A stretch of 64,000 nt of DNA from Desulfurococcales archaeon (GTDB lineage: Archaea > Thermoproteota > Thermoprotei_A > Sulfolobales > Desulfurococcaceae): NCBI GenBank assembly GCA_015520735.1, contig WAPN01000016.1, forward strand, positions 12,785 to 76,784, written 5' to 3'. Below the pieces are notes generated by a model. The model was not told the origin of the DNA and did not search any database. It saw only the letters and a list, made by a program, of their open reading frames with translations. The position numbers were made by a program, and so were the translations under genes. This document shows, piece after piece, positions 36,286 to 48,036 of the stretch; the first letter of the stretch is position 1, and each line of letters begins with the position of its first letter.

Positions 36286-37431
36286 TCATATTTCACACAA
36301 TTGCAGTTCATCACAGACAGATAACGCATACTCAATATCTCTTCCGACACGAAGTAGTTCTCTTAGAACAGTAATATTGCGTCCATTACCAATTATACTT
36401 ACCGGCTTCTGATTTAGTAATCCTAGGCTCCTTAATATGTCTATATATATATCGGGTCTCTCAATGCGATCGGTATCTATGCTTCTGCCACTTAACCATA
36501 ACCTTATTCCATGTGAAATTTCATTTGCAAGCATGTCTATGTAATAATCGTAGAGCGAGATAATGTTGTATAGGATATTAGGATCGAGTGATAAATTGGA
36601 TAATAAGTTCACAGATCCTTGCTCTAGCGATTCGTAGATTATCAAAGAACCAAGCGTTTCAAAACTTTCAAGCCGAGTATCTCCTATATAGAAGTAGTAT
36701 GTGAATCCTATGAGTTTCAATAGGATGGTTTTGCGCGTGTTTTCATCTATTTCTAATGCTTCATAAAGAGCTGCTGCGAATTTCTTGGCCCTCTCTGGCT
36801 CCTCTTCGAGGAATATTGAAGATGAATTTAATGATTCGACGTTTTCTGTGTTGAATAATTTCTTTAGAAAGGCCAGTACTTGATCGCGCTCGCCAGTTAG
36901 GCCTGGAAGGAATGGTATTAGTGTACGAGTAATCATTTCAACCAAACTTCTTTTTCTCCAGCCCCAGAATCGGAAACCAAAGTCTATCTCGGCTTTATCG
37001 TTGTCGATAAGTTCCTGTAGAAATCTCTTTTCAGTCCCCTGGAAACCTTCTTTGCCTAGATCTCTCTCCTTGTAAATCCCTGCTAGGATAGCCAAGATCT
37101 TGTCGTAATCTGATACTATCCAATAGTTTTCAAGGCCTGTAACAATGTATGAGGATAGACTGCTATCCTGTTTATCCCATACGAGTTCTTGGCACCACTT
37201 TTTCGCCTGTGATGGCTTAGGAATATTGAGAAGTATTGTCGGTTCATCGGTTTCTAGACATGTTTTTACGTCAAGGTTTATTACCGTATGTATGTCGTGC
37301 TCACCGAGATTTCTTGCCAGAATACTTGCAGCAATCAATGAATCGGTATCAGTGAGTGGCACTATTCTCAAGAAACCATATTCACGGGCAGTATTGATAA
37401 GTACGGGTATACTCTTCTCCAAGAGATACAA
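36286..37431 (-). CDS. Degenerate DHH-family protein, candidate crenarchaeal RecJ/Cdc45 homologue (catalytically inactive type)
   Basis: The N-terminal LRIVPLTDTDSLIAASILARNLGEH resembles DHH motifs I-II, but there is no DHH tripeptide anywhere in the 381 aa. The gene sits between S15 and S3Ae, the neighbourhood reported for archaeal RecJ/Cdc45 genes. Confidence 0.4.
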   Translation of the reverse strand: MYLLEKSIPVLINTAREYGFLRIVPLTDTDSLIAASILARNLGEHDIHTVINLDVKTCLETDEPTILLNIPKPSQAKKWCQELVWDKQDSSLSSYIVTGLENYWIVSDYDKILAILAGIYKERDLGKEGFQGTEKRFLQELIDNDKAEIDFGFRFWGWRKRSLVEMITRTLIPFLPGLTGERDQVLAFLKKLFNTENVESLNSSSIFLEEEPERAKKFAAALYEALEIDENTRKTILLKLIGFTYYFYIGDTRLESFETLGSLIIYESLEQGSVNLLSNLSLDPNILYNIISLYDYYIDMLANEISHGIRLWLSGRSIDTDRIERPDIYIDILRSLGLLNQKPVSIIGNGRNITVLRELLRVGRDIEYALSVCDELQLCEI

Positions 37432-37554
37432 CCCTTGTAATTATATGCTAATTCTTAATTCCATTATTGACTCGCAAAATATCTTAGTATCTTTGCTTGT
37501 TATTATGGTTTTAGAACAAATTTATTTAATTGTAAAAATAGCTGTGTAGCAGCG

Positions 37555-38019
37555 CTAGATGTAGCTTGATACTATTAATCTTGCCTGTTCTGGTGTATAC
37601 TTCCAGTCTGGTGGCAGTCTTCCTATTCTCTTATAGTATTTTACTAGCCTATGTATCTTAGACTCTAGATCCATTAATCCTTTTTTAGCATGGTAATCCT
37701 TCGGATGTTCTTCTAGATGTCTCCTAAGGTTAACTGCTTTCTTCATTAGGAATAATAGGTCTTCAGGTATTGGTAGGTTAGCACCGTGTTTTTCGAGTAT
37801 TTTCACTAGTTTTTTGCCTGTTACTTGTTTGACTAGGGGTATTCCGTATTGGTCGCGAAGTATTATTCCGATCATTGATGGTGTATAGCCCTTCTTAGCT
37901 AGCTCTACAACAAGTAGTTCTACATCGTTAGGGCTCATATCGAGTTTTAGCCATTTTGGCGGTCCAGCCCTAGCCGGTCGTGTTGAGTGTGATTGTCCCT
38001 TGTCTCGTTTCTTGTTCAC
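37555..38019 (-). CDS. rps15: 30S ribosomal protein S15 (uS15/S13e)
   Basis: [51 protein letters not shown] plus a C-terminal S15 helical domain. Confidence 0.9.
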   Translation of the reverse strand: MNKKRDKGQSHSTRPARAGPPKWLKLDMSPNDVELLVVELAKKGYTPSMIGIILRDQYGIPLVKQVTGKKLVKILEKHGANLPIPEDLLFLMKKAVNLRRHLEEHPKDYHAKKGLMDLESKIHRLVKYYKRIGRLPPDWKYTPEQARLIVSSYI

Positions 38020-38067
38020 GGCTAAGCACCAGTATTGTTTTATTCCTCACCTATCCCGGTTAATAGT

Positions 38068-38676
38068 TTACGGGGCATTTAAATTTATGTCGGACAATGC
38101 TTCTAATAGCTTTCTTAGCTTATATAATGCTTTTCTCACAGCTTTTGCTCGGTGTGAGAAAACGTTTTTCTCGTTAACACTCATTTCTGCAAAGGTTTTT
38201 TCTTCTCCCAAGGGGATGAATATAGGATCGAAACCGAATCCTTTATCTCCTCTTTTTTCGTAAGCTATGCTTCCTCTACACTCTCCTCTCCCCACAATAA
38301 TGAATGGCGGATATATTATGGTAACCACCGATCTAAATGTTGCATATCGCTCAGTCTTGTTCATCATTAATTTTAATACTCCATCACATCCAATGGTTTT
38401 GTATACATAGCTACTATATGGGCCGGGAAAACCATTTAGCGCGTCAATAAATAGACCCGCATCTTCGATCATTACGGGTTTCTTCAAATATTTATATGCC
38501 TCGATCGCTGCTGTTATGCTTATATCTTCGAGACTATCTGACTGGATCTCTAATTTGTATCCAGGCTTCATCACTGTTTTGAAGCCTAGGCTTCTGGCAA
38601 TAGGTAATACTTCACTATATTTGTGTTTGTTACCTGTTATGAATAATATTTCATTTAGATCACCTATATCTTTCAT
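38068..38676 (-). CDS. Non-canonical purine NTP pyrophosphatase (Ham1/RdgB/ITPase family)
   Basis: ILFITGNKHKYSEV, EDAGLFIDALNGFPGPYS and KGFGFDPIF motifs. Confidence 0.85.
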   Translation of the reverse strand: MKDIGDLNEILFITGNKHKYSEVLPIARSLGFKTVMKPGYKLEIQSDSLEDISITAAIEAYKYLKKPVMIEDAGLFIDALNGFPGPYSSYVYKTIGCDGVLKLMMNKTERYATFRSVVTIIYPPFIIVGRGECRGSIAYEKRGDKGFGFDPIFIPLGEEKTFAEMSVNEKNVFSHRAKAVRKALYKLRKLLEALSDINLNAP

Positions 38677-39340
38677 GCTCCAACCTCTTTTTCAGCCTTT
38701 CCTCAACGTATCTTCCTCTTAGCTTAATCTCATGGACTCTGTTCTTAATCTCATGTGCGTTTTCCCCATAGCCCTCCATATAACCCTGCCAGAAACTTTC
38801 AACGAATGATTTGCTTAGCTCTGGTGCCAACGCATTTATACTTCTTTCAATCAGATGTATATCAATAGCATATTCTTCGATATCAGTGCTATACCCTGCA
38901 AGTCCGAAATCGATCAGGAAAATACGGTCAGTGTTTTTACTATAGAGGATATTTGCTAGGGTGAGATCGCCGTGATAAATGTTTAAGCGATGCATTTTTC
39001 CCACATATTCGCCGAGACGATAGGCGATCGAATTAACAACATCTTTATTCAGCTGGTAGATTATATCTGATAGCTTCTTACCCGGCACATATTCCATTAT
39101 GATTATATAGTTAAATGGATCGACAAAGAGAGGGGCAGGCACTGGTAAGTTTGAAGAATATAGTTTCGAGAGGACTCTTGCCTCCGTTTTTGTTCGTCTT
39201 TCCCTAAATAGTTTGTCAAATAGCGGGTGTCTATAGGGCTTGCTGATCCTATGCTTAACTATGAGTTTTGTGTTAAAAACCTCCAAAAGATAGATTTTTG
39301 CCTCGGCTCCTTCGCTCAACAGGATCAGTCTAGAAGCCAT
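38660..39340 (-). CDS. bud32: KEOPS subunit Bud32 (atypical small protein kinase/ATPase)
   Basis: GAEAKIYL (Gly-loop), catalytic HGDLTLANIL, and LIDFGLA. 226 aa, directly downstream of Kae1 with a 16-nt overlap. Confidence 0.8.
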   Translation of the reverse strand: MASRLILLSEGAEAKIYLLEVFNTKLIVKHRISKPYRHPLFDKLFRERRTKTEARVLSKLYSSNLPVPAPLFVDPFNYIIIMEYVPGKKLSDIIYQLNKDVVNSIAYRLGEYVGKMHRLNIYHGDLTLANILYSKNTDRIFLIDFGLAGYSTDIEEYAIDIHLIERSINALAPELSKSFVESFWQGYMEGYGENAHEIKNRVHEIKLRGRYVEERLKKRLEHERYR

Positions 39341-40344
39341 GGAAGCTCGACCTCATCGAGACGCCATCTCTGCTTGATAAATGCTTTTTCAGGCTCTATG
39401 GTTGTACCGTGCTCATATAGTAGAAGGCCTGTATAAGCAATCATGGCTCCATTGTCTCCGGAAACCTCTGGCGGTGTTCCCTCGTAGCGGGCTCCATGCA
39501 GGGCGGCCATTGTCTCGAGTTTTTGTCGCAGAACGTTGTTGGAAGCAACTCCCCCAACTAACAGAACCTCTTTCTTCCCGGTAAGCAGTAAAGCCCTCTC
39601 CGCGACTTCGACGATCATATCGAACGCTGTTTCCCTTAGGCTCAAACAAATATCTCCGAGTTCTTCTCTGGCTTTGATTTTTTCAGCATACTTAAGGCTA
39701 GCCGTTAATAGTCCTGAGAAGCTTAGATCTATTCCTTTCACCGTATAGGGTAGATCTATGAAGTTTTGACCCCACTCACTACATATATCAACCTGGTGCT
39801 TACCATTGACAACATATGGTGGAGCCAATCCAACCTCGCGTGCAAATGTATCAAGGAGATTACCTAGGGGTATATCTAGAGTTTCTCCCAGAACTCTGTA
39901 TCTCTTTTTCCTTTGAATAGTGACTAATGTGTTTCCACCAGAGACATATATCACTAGAGGATCAGTGAATCCTGCAACAAATTTACCTATCTCTATATGG
40001 GCGACGGCATGATTAACAGGTATTAGGGGCTTGGAATAATAGGAGGATAAAAATCTTGCAAGGGTTGCACCTACACGTAGACAAGGGCCTAGTCCAGGGC
40101 CTAAAGCCACAGCTATGGCATCAACGCCTTTAATGCGTATTCCAGCTTTATCCAGGGCAGATTTTAGTACGCGTGGGGCCTCCCTGGCATGGTGTAGGGA
40201 AGCCTCGCGAGGATGAATCCCTCCCCTGACAGGTATATATTTCGAATACTCATTCGCCAGAATCCTTATCCCATAGTCATTTCGCTGTACAATACCTACC
40301 CCAAATGTATGGCTTGTCGATTCGATCCCTATGACTATTGTCAA
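39325..40344 (-). CDS. kae1: tRNA N6-adenosine threonylcarbamoyltransferase Kae1 (KEOPS catalytic subunit)
   Basis: IGIESTSHTFGVGIV, the metal-binding NHAVAHIE, VSGGNT, and GVASNNVLRQKL (ASKHA fold). Confidence 0.9.
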   Translation of the reverse strand: MTIVIGIESTSHTFGVGIVQRNDYGIRILANEYSKYIPVRGGIHPREASLHHAREAPRVLKSALDKAGIRIKGVDAIAVALGPGLGPCLRVGATLARFLSSYYSKPLIPVNHAVAHIEIGKFVAGFTDPLVIYVSGGNTLVTIQRKKRYRVLGETLDIPLGNLLDTFAREVGLAPPYVVNGKHQVDICSEWGQNFIDLPYTVKGIDLSFSGLLTASLKYAEKIKAREELGDICLSLRETAFDMIVEVAERALLLTGKKEVLLVGGVASNNVLRQKLETMAALHGARYEGTPPEVSGDNGAMIAYTGLLLYEHGTTIEPEKAFIKQRWRLDEVELPWLLD

Positions 40345-40439
40345 TTCTTATCTACTCTACTTTAATGCTATTAGTGTTGGCGTCTAATTAGTTTCTGACT
40401 AGGAGATAGTTGATCAGAAAACTACTTGATATCTATTTA

Positions 40440-40610
40440 TTATTTCTTATCTCTAACGTACTCGACATAACCGCATTTGCCGCAGTGCCACCTGGGAATG
40501 GGTTTCTTATGGAATGCCATGAAGCTGCCGCATTTGGGGCATTTCTTGTTCTTCGGCTTTATGGTGCCAGTGTTATAATCAAATTCGTATAGTTTGTGAA
40601 CGTGAGCCAC
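40440..40610 (-). CDS. rps27ae: 30S ribosomal protein S27ae (eS31), 56 aa, absent from the supplied ORF track
   Basis: My translation of the minus strand is (GTG)[58 protein letters not shown]. This has the CPxCG...CGxCG zinc ribbon, starts 5 nt after the S24e stop, and sits in the canonical S24e-S27ae order. Confidence 0.8.
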   Translation of the reverse strand: MAHVHKLYEFDYNTGTIKPKNKKCPKCGSFMAFHKKPIPRWHCGKCGYVEYVRDKK

Positions 40611-40615
40611 CTAGT

Positions 40616-40972
40616 TCACCCCATACCCTGTTCTTTCATCATTTGTTCAAGCTGGTAGGATTGAGTTGCATATTCGTTTCTTTTAATTATATGTGGTGGC
40701 TCGAATGCTTTTGCTCTCTCAGGGCTATCGTATATGTGGACTTCAGCATTAGAAACACCCATACCATATTCTGTATCTATTCTTCTCACATAAACTCTTT
40801 CAACATCTACACCATATGCCTTAGCGAGCTCTACACGTATGAGCCCTCTAGAAGGAGTTGTTCGGCCTATATGTGCTATTCGTACAATGATTTCTTTTCT
40901 CTTAATTAGCGGGTTATACCATTCTTTTACTATCTCGGCGGTGTAATCCCCTAGTTGTAGCTGTTTTCCCAA
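40616..40972 (-). CDS. rps24e: 30S ribosomal protein S24e
   Basis: YNPLIKRKEIIVRIAHIGRTTPSRGLIRVELAKAYGVDVERVYV... Confidence 0.9.
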   Translation of the reverse strand: MGKQLQLGDYTAEIVKEWYNPLIKRKEIIVRIAHIGRTTPSRGLIRVELAKAYGVDVERVYVRRIDTEYGMGVSNAEVHIYDSPERAKAFEPPHIIKRNEYATQSYQLEQMMKEQGMG

Positions 40973-40976
40973 ACCA

Positions 40977-41522
40977 TTATCCCCCTATCTCATTTTGTTT
41001 ATCTCTCATTATGGTTCCGGTACTCACCTTATTTAAGAACACTATGTCTGGTTTAAATCTTTTAAGTAATCGACGTGCTTTAATGGTATCCGAACACGTA
41101 ATAACCGCTCCATAACCGGGGTATCCATATATAATAATTTTTTTCTCATTAGCTAGTGAGATGGTCATTGTCAGCAGATCCTCTTCTCCATACACCATGT
41201 ATTTTTTCTTCTTCAATATTGTGAGGGTTCTAGAGTTCTGGGACACTGTACCTCGAGGATTGATGATCAGAATAGAATTGCTCAGTTCTACACCCAGGTG
41301 CTCATATTTCTTTGTCCTACGTGTTTTGAAATCGATTACTCTGATGTCTCCGCGGAATTTTTGTGATACTACATCGCCTATTAGGTAATCACCTCTTATA
41401 TTGCATGTAAATAATGTTCCTGCTTTTTCACTAATGATTAATGCTCCGTGGGGATAAGCGAAGTAATTTCGCAGAATAGTAGGTAGCTTTAAAACGGGTA
41501 TAGGTATTTTGGGGTTACGCAA
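40977..41522 (-). CDS. DUF359/COG1909 protein (family reported as GTP-dependent dephospho-CoA kinase)
   Basis: The GDVVSQKF ... RVIDFKTRR pattern, plus the canonical slot between Spt4 and S24e. Confidence 0.55.
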   Translation of the reverse strand: MRNPKIPIPVLKLPTILRNYFAYPHGALIISEKAGTLFTCNIRGDYLIGDVVSQKFRGDIRVIDFKTRRTKKYEHLGVELSNSILIINPRGTVSQNSRTLTILKKKKYMVYGEEDLLTMTISLANEKKIIIYGYPGYGAVITCSDTIKARRLLKRFKPDIVFLNKVSTGTIMRDKQNEIGG

Positions 41523-41721
41523 CCTTGATCGCGTATCTACCTGGTTTTTCTATTCCAAGTATTTTAGCGACTAGGGATTTTTTGGGATCAATTATTATTA
41601 CTACTCCTTCCCACTCATCAGTAAAATCGTTAGAACCACACACCGGGCATATTTCTACATCTTTATCCACTAGAGATTTGCATTTTCTGCATGCTTTGAA
41701 TGGTTTTCGCTTGATAGGCAA
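41515..41721 (-). CDS. spt4: Transcription elongation factor Spt4 (RpoE'')
   Basis: Zinc ribbon CRKCKSLV...CPVCGS followed by WEGVVIIIDPKKSLVAKILG. 68 aa, directly after Rpo7. Confidence 0.85.
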   Translation of the reverse strand: MPIKRKPFKACRKCKSLVDKDVEICPVCGSNDFTDEWEGVVIIIDPKKSLVAKILGIEKPGRYAIKVA

Positions 41722-41727
41722 GTATTA

Positions 41728-42303
41728 TCACCTCTTCTTCTTGAGCCATTTGAGGTTGCCTAGATATGGTTGTCTCATTGTCAGTTGAACTCTTAGGCCT
41801 TTGCCTGGAAGCGGTGCAACATTGTAAACTCTTGCTCTTACTATGTCGCCTTTTTCAATCATTCTCTTAGAGTCTCTGAGTAGAAGCGCAGGGCGGGTGG
41901 GATCATATTCTATTCTCTCGTCTGCTATCTGGTTAATATATACGAATCCATCAGACGCTCCCAGGTCAACGAATACACCGTTTTTAACAACAGTATTTAC
42001 TTCTCCCTCCACGACTTCTTTGACGAAAGGATAGAACACAAGGATAGTAAATTCTACTTTATGATATGTTGCACCATCTCCGGGTATTATCTTTCCTTGA
42101 GGATCAACGTCGACGTCAAATACCGTCACTATAATGCCCATATTTCTTGTTATTACACCTTCATATTTTCTTCTCAGCTCCTCCCATGCCGCGATATCGA
42201 GTGATTTTCCGAATTTGTCAGGCGGTATTCTCACCACATCTCGAACCCTGTAGATTCTATAGACCAATTCATTCCACCGTAATCCATCCTTGTTTAGACA
42301 CAA
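41728..42303 (-). CDS. rpo7: DNA-directed RNA polymerase subunit Rpo7 (E')
   Basis: YRIYRVRDVVRIPPDKFG start region and a C-terminal S1 domain (GEVNTVVKNGVFVDLG). The true start may be the TTG ~12 codons into the tracked ORF. Confidence 0.9.
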   Translation of the reverse strand: MCLNKDGLRWNELVYRIYRVRDVVRIPPDKFGKSLDIAAWEELRRKYEGVITRNMGIIVTVFDVDVDPQGKIIPGDGATYHKVEFTILVFYPFVKEVVEGEVNTVVKNGVFVDLGASDGFVYINQIADERIEYDPTRPALLLRDSKRMIEKGDIVRARVYNVAPLPGKGLRVQLTMRQPYLGNLKWLKKKR

Positions 42304-42356
42304 GTATTATTTAAAGTTGAATAAAAACCTAACAAATATAATGATTTATATGGAGG

Positions 42357-42764
42357 TTAATACTCTATTCCCTCTACATCAACCATCATTTTTTCTTCTC
42401 GGAGATATATTTCGGGTATACCTTCTTTTCTAAGCTTTTTACGTAGTTCTCTGTCATTTGTTGCAACGCCACATTTGCTTTCTTTAGCATAGTATAGGAT
42501 TAGATCATCTGTAGACATATTTTTTATCTCTATATTAATTACTTTACAGTACATACGCGCTATTTCTAGTGCGAGCCTTGCTGGTTTTGATATGCTAGGC
42601 TTGTTGGCTTTTGCAAGTTTTTCGAGCTCTTTTATAATCGGTGTTAGCACGATGTAGTCGGGCTTAGTGTCGATTATGTCTTCGATCTGTTCAAAAACAT
42701 TGATTCCGCGGGCAGCAGTCATTAACATATTTGTATCTAGCACTATACATGGCCTTTTCTTCAC
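42357..42764 (-). CDS. PIN-domain protein (Fcf1/Utp24-like, COG1412 type)
   Basis: Acidic PIN residues in IVLDTNML ... [12 protein letters not shown]. Conserved position between aIF2-gamma and Rpo7. Confidence 0.7.
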   Translation of the reverse strand: MKKRPCIVLDTNMLMTAARGINVFEQIEDIIDTKPDYIVLTPIIKELEKLAKANKPSISKPARLALEIARMYCKVINIEIKNMSTDDLILYYAKESKCGVATNDRELRKKLRKEGIPEIYLREEKMMVDVEGIEY

Positions 42765-44008
42765 GGTTTCGCCTCCTCTACAATGCCCCAGCCTGTCAGC
42801 CTCCAGCGGCCTAGCACTCTCCTGCTAATGGCTATTCTAGATCCTTCCCAGGCAACCACAGGATCTCGTAGTTTTAGCTCGATATAGTCGCTGGTTACCT
42901 TCATCACTATGGCTAATCGAATCGCCGTTCCCGCGGTTATAACTATTATTTCACGAGGTTGTATGGGTTTTACCTGCACCATTTCTTTCATTCCGACAAC
43001 GCGCTGGAGTAATTTATAGTTCACCTTCAGATATGTGACGGGCTCCGGTACTTTCCCTGGTATGCCTACGACATTTCCCACCAAAGCGTCAGCTTTCGTT
43101 AACGAAGGATCTAGCTTTGTACCTATCGCTAATAATCCTCCTGGTTTCGCCTCCTCTACTTCTAGGTTTCCGAACCTAAGTGATACTACCTCTGTCACTA
43201 TAGGTTCGTACTCATAGCGACCAGGTGCAATAGGTTTTCTTACACCTGGCCTTATTTCGATCTCATCGCCGACTCTAAGTACTCCCTGCATCAGAGACCC
43301 GCCGATAACTCCTCCCTTTAACTCACCGGGTTTTGTACCCGGTTTGTTCACGTCAAAACTTCGTACAACATACATTAATGGTGGTTTAGATAATTCTCTC
43401 TCTGGTGTTGGAATATATTCTTCAATTGCTTGGAGCAGGACATCTATGTTCGCTTTATGAAGCGCACTAACAGGTATTATTGGGGCATTTTCAGCCCATG
43501 TACCTTTCAAGAACTCCCGTATTTCTTTATAGTTTTTCTTTGCCTGTTCCTTGGACACGACATCGATCTTGTTCTGCACGACTACTAGGTTTCTAACACC
43601 GATAATGTCTAGTGCTACAAAATGCTCGAGAGTCTGTGGCTGGGGGCAGGGCTCGTTTGCAGCGATTACGAGGAGGGCTCCATCCATAAGTGCGGCTCCG
43701 CTGAGCATTGTCGCCATGAGAGCCTCGTGTCCAGGAGCATCTACATAGCTAACTCTTCTCAGTAGACGTGACTCCGAACCGTCCGGGCATATCGGTTCCG
43801 TAGTATATGCTTCTGGAGGCTCTAGCCCATCACAATAGGCTATGTTTCCATCAGCATAGCCCAGCTTAATAGTCATTCCTCTTTTGAGCTCCTCGCTGTG
43901 TCTCGCAGTCCATATCCCTGTAAGTGCTTGTACTAGTGTTGTCTTCCCATGATCAACATGTCCTACTACTCCGATGTTCACTTCGGGTTGTTTTTCTTCC
44001 CAAGGCAA
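42761..44008 (-). CDS. eif2g: Translation initiation factor 2 subunit gamma (aIF2-gamma)
   Basis: [28 protein letters not shown] and QNKID motifs. 415 aa. Confidence 0.95.
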   Translation of the reverse strand: MPWEEKQPEVNIGVVGHVDHGKTTLVQALTGIWTARHSEELKRGMTIKLGYADGNIAYCDGLEPPEAYTTEPICPDGSESRLLRRVSYVDAPGHEALMATMLSGAALMDGALLVIAANEPCPQPQTLEHFVALDIIGVRNLVVVQNKIDVVSKEQAKKNYKEIREFLKGTWAENAPIIPVSALHKANIDVLLQAIEEYIPTPERELSKPPLMYVVRSFDVNKPGTKPGELKGGVIGGSLMQGVLRVGDEIEIRPGVRKPIAPGRYEYEPIVTEVVSLRFGNLEVEEAKPGGLLAIGTKLDPSLTKADALVGNVVGIPGKVPEPVTYLKVNYKLLQRVVGMKEMVQVKPIQPREIIVITAGTAIRLAIVMKVTSDYIELKLRDPVVAWEGSRIAISRRVLGRWRLTGWGIVEEAKP

Positions 44009-44129
44009 AACGTATTCACCCCAAATACGATTCTATATGTATTAAACATATTTTTATGATAGGTTATAGGAAAAACAGTAGAGCTTCTAGCTTCTTGGAT
44101 TACTGTTACTATCTATGTATGTGATTATG

Positions 44130-44780
44130 TTACTTGTACACGATCTTGGTGTTTATCTGAACTATATCTTCGGTGATCATGTTTCCGCGTACCATTTTTC
44201 TACGGCGCTCACCTTTTTCACGTGGATGGAATCCTGGCGGGCCTGATAGAAGCACTCTCTTCTTAACTCCACCCATAACGTCGGGTCTCATCGGAAAACC
44301 ACTGTTGTCGCTCCCACCGGTTATCTGGATTTTAACGCCCTTGAGCCCCACAAGCTCTCCATCGAATACGTCACCTATTCTTAAACCAACAATTCTCTTT
44401 GTACGTTCATCGTTGACACGTATCTGCCATGCACGTGCTCTGAAGATCTCGCCTTCTATCTCGTTGGTTCCAGTCTTGTTCACAAGAAGCTCAGCATTAA
44501 CGTGTGCTTCTGTCTCTGGGACATCGTTATCTATTACAAGTCTCCCTGTTATCTTGACTTTATCCTTAGTGTCAGGTTTAACCATCCTTATAGTGGCTAT
44601 CCCATGTACAGCCTTTATCTTCTCAGCCAATTTTGCGTTAACCTTAATTATTGGTAGCTCGAACCCTTCTTTCATTTTATCATTGTACTCGATCTCGCCG
44701 TCACCGACGACCTTGACTTTCTTTATAATTTCTAATTTGGGCGCCTCTGGATCGGATATAACTATCTTGAAGTCGGCCAT
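44130..44780 (-). CDS. rps6e: 30S ribosomal protein S6e
   Basis: MADFKIVISDP ... GGSDNSGFPMRPDVMGGVKKRVLLSGPPGF. Confidence 0.9.
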   Translation of the reverse strand: MADFKIVISDPEAPKLEIIKKVKVVGDGEIEYNDKMKEGFELPIIKVNAKLAEKIKAVHGIATIRMVKPDTKDKVKITGRLVIDNDVPETEAHVNAELLVNKTGTNEIEGEIFRARAWQIRVNDERTKRIVGLRIGDVFDGELVGLKGVKIQITGGSDNSGFPMRPDVMGGVKKRVLLSGPPGFHPREKGERRRKMVRGNMITEDIVQINTKIVYK

Positions 44781-44918
44781 TTCTTTTCACCACCAGTTGC
44801 CCGGTGGTTGTTTCAAACCTATCGGTATATAGGGGTATTTATATTGCTAGGTCTAATCAGTACAGGCTTAATAACATACTTAGTATATAAAGGCGTTGGA
44901 ACATAGGCGGATAAGGGG

Positions 44919-46745
<1,827 letters not shown>

Positions 46746-46749
46746 CCGA

Positions 46750-47178
46750 TCACCAGTCAATAATTTCTTCCTCGCTAAATATAACCCTAATCTCTCTTTC
46801 AGCGCTCTCTGGACTATCGCTAGCATGTACTACATTCTCTGACTTTGAGAGCGCGTAGTCGCCCCTAATAGTCCCAGGAGGTGCCTCCCTACCGTCAGTA
46901 GGCCCGATCATTAATCGTACCACGGATATTGCCTTATCTCCTTCAAGAACCATTGCTATTATTGGCCCAGACGTCATGAATTCTATTAATGACTCAAAGA
47001 ACGGTTTCCCTTTATGAACGGAATAAAATTCTTCCGCTTTCCTTCGAGTAAGCCACAACATTTTCAGAGCTTTGATCTTGAGTCCTTTCTTTTCGAACCT
47101 TGATATTATCTCACCTATAAGCCTTCGATGTACACCGTCGGGTTTTATAAGAACCAATGTACGCTCCATGTTTTTCAC
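46750..47178 (-). CDS. ndk: Nucleoside diphosphate kinase
   Basis: [12 protein letters not shown] ... NVVHASDS (active-site His). 142 aa. Confidence 0.95.
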   Translation of the reverse strand: MKNMERTLVLIKPDGVHRRLIGEIISRFEKKGLKIKALKMLWLTRRKAEEFYSVHKGKPFFESLIEFMTSGPIIAMVLEGDKAISVVRLMIGPTDGREAPPGTIRGDYALSKSENVVHASDSPESAEREIRVIFSEEEIIDW

Positions 47179-47291
47179 CAGTAATATGACGTATTATTTT
47201 TGAGTTTTAGAATATTTTTCGGTAAGGAATAGAAGTTGTTTACTCAAATACGGTATTATTGGGCATGATAAACAGGATATATTGAAATAGC

Positions 47292-47480
47292 TTATCTCAT
47301 TTGCTTACCGTACTTCAGCGTCCACTTTAGCTTTCTAGGATCTCTCCTCAATACCAAGTAGTTCTTGTAACATTTCCTGCTACAGAACCATAGGATAGAA
47401 CCATCATTGAGAACATACATTAGTCCTGTACCAGGCTCTATTTCCTTGCCGCAGAAGCTGCATCGTGTTAGCCTTGGCAA
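47292..47480 (-). CDS. rpl24e: 50S ribosomal protein L24e
   Basis: [34 protein letters not shown] zinc-binding motif. TTG start preceded by GGAAAGGTG. Confidence 0.9.
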   Translation of the reverse strand: MPRLTRCSFCGKEIEPGTGLMYVLNDGSILWFCSRKCYKNYLVLRRDPRKLKWTLKYGKQMR

Positions 47481-47487
47481 TTCTTTT

Positions 47488-47497
47488 CACCTTTCCA
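47488..47497. repeat. Left arm of a 10-bp perfect inverted repeat bracketing the S28e gene
   Basis: CACCTTTCCA here is the exact reverse complement of TGGAAAGGTG at 47932-47941. This arm also forms the GGTG Shine-Dalgarno-like element of the L24e gene. Confidence 0.6.
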
Positions 47498-47614
47498 TAT
47501 CATCTTGTCAACTACGGAGTGGTTTAGGATTTTTATCCTTTTAAGCTTTGCCACAAATCTTATAAAAATGTCTTCTCTGGTAAGTATGAGTGATAGGATT
47601 AATGATATCAAATA

Positions 47615-47890
47615 ATGGTGTTGACCATGTCGGAGGAGAAAAACAAGATCTATGTAGAGCAGCCAGAAATAAACGTAACAGAGGAGATAGGCTTCCCAGC
47701 AGAAGTTATACAGATTATTGGTAGAACAGGTGTTACTGGCGAGATCACTCAGGTCAGAGTTAGAGTACTTGAAGGAAGAGATAAGGGTAGAATAATTACT
47801 AGGAACGTTAAAGGCCCTGTACGGCTAGGCGATATCTTAGTACTGCGTGAAACCGAGCGTGAAGCTAGGAAGCTCTCTGGTAGACGATAA
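47615..47890 (+). CDS. rps28e: 30S ribosomal protein S28e
   Basis: [60 protein letters not shown]. The start is more likely the MSEEKNK Met at 47627. It is on the opposite strand to the flanking L7Ae and L24e genes. Confidence 0.9.
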   Translation: MVLTMSEEKNKIYVEQPEINVTEEIGFPAEVIQIIGRTGVTGEITQVRVRVLEGRDKGRIITRNVKGPVRLGDILVLRETEREARKLSGRR

Positions 47891-47931
47891 AAATATTTCA
47901 TTAAGTATAACTCATTATATCTAGATATTAG

Positions 47932-47941
47932 TGGAAAGGTG
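47932..47941. repeat. Right arm of the 10-bp inverted repeat bracketing the S28e gene
   Basis: TGGAAAGGTG is the reverse complement of 47488-47497. Confidence 0.6.
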
Positions 47942-48036
47942 TTTGAACAATATTCTTCTTTATTGTCCAAGAATAGAGGATAAGATAACGATGATTCAAA
48001 AAGCTTTATGAGTGCTAGATATTTCTTTAGTTAAAG

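Noticed and set aside
40410-40592. A 60-aa plus-strand ORF between Kae1 and S24e.
   Set aside because: The opposite strand encodes a textbook S27ae zinc-ribbon protein in the conserved S24e-S27ae position, so the plus-strand ORF is its mirror.
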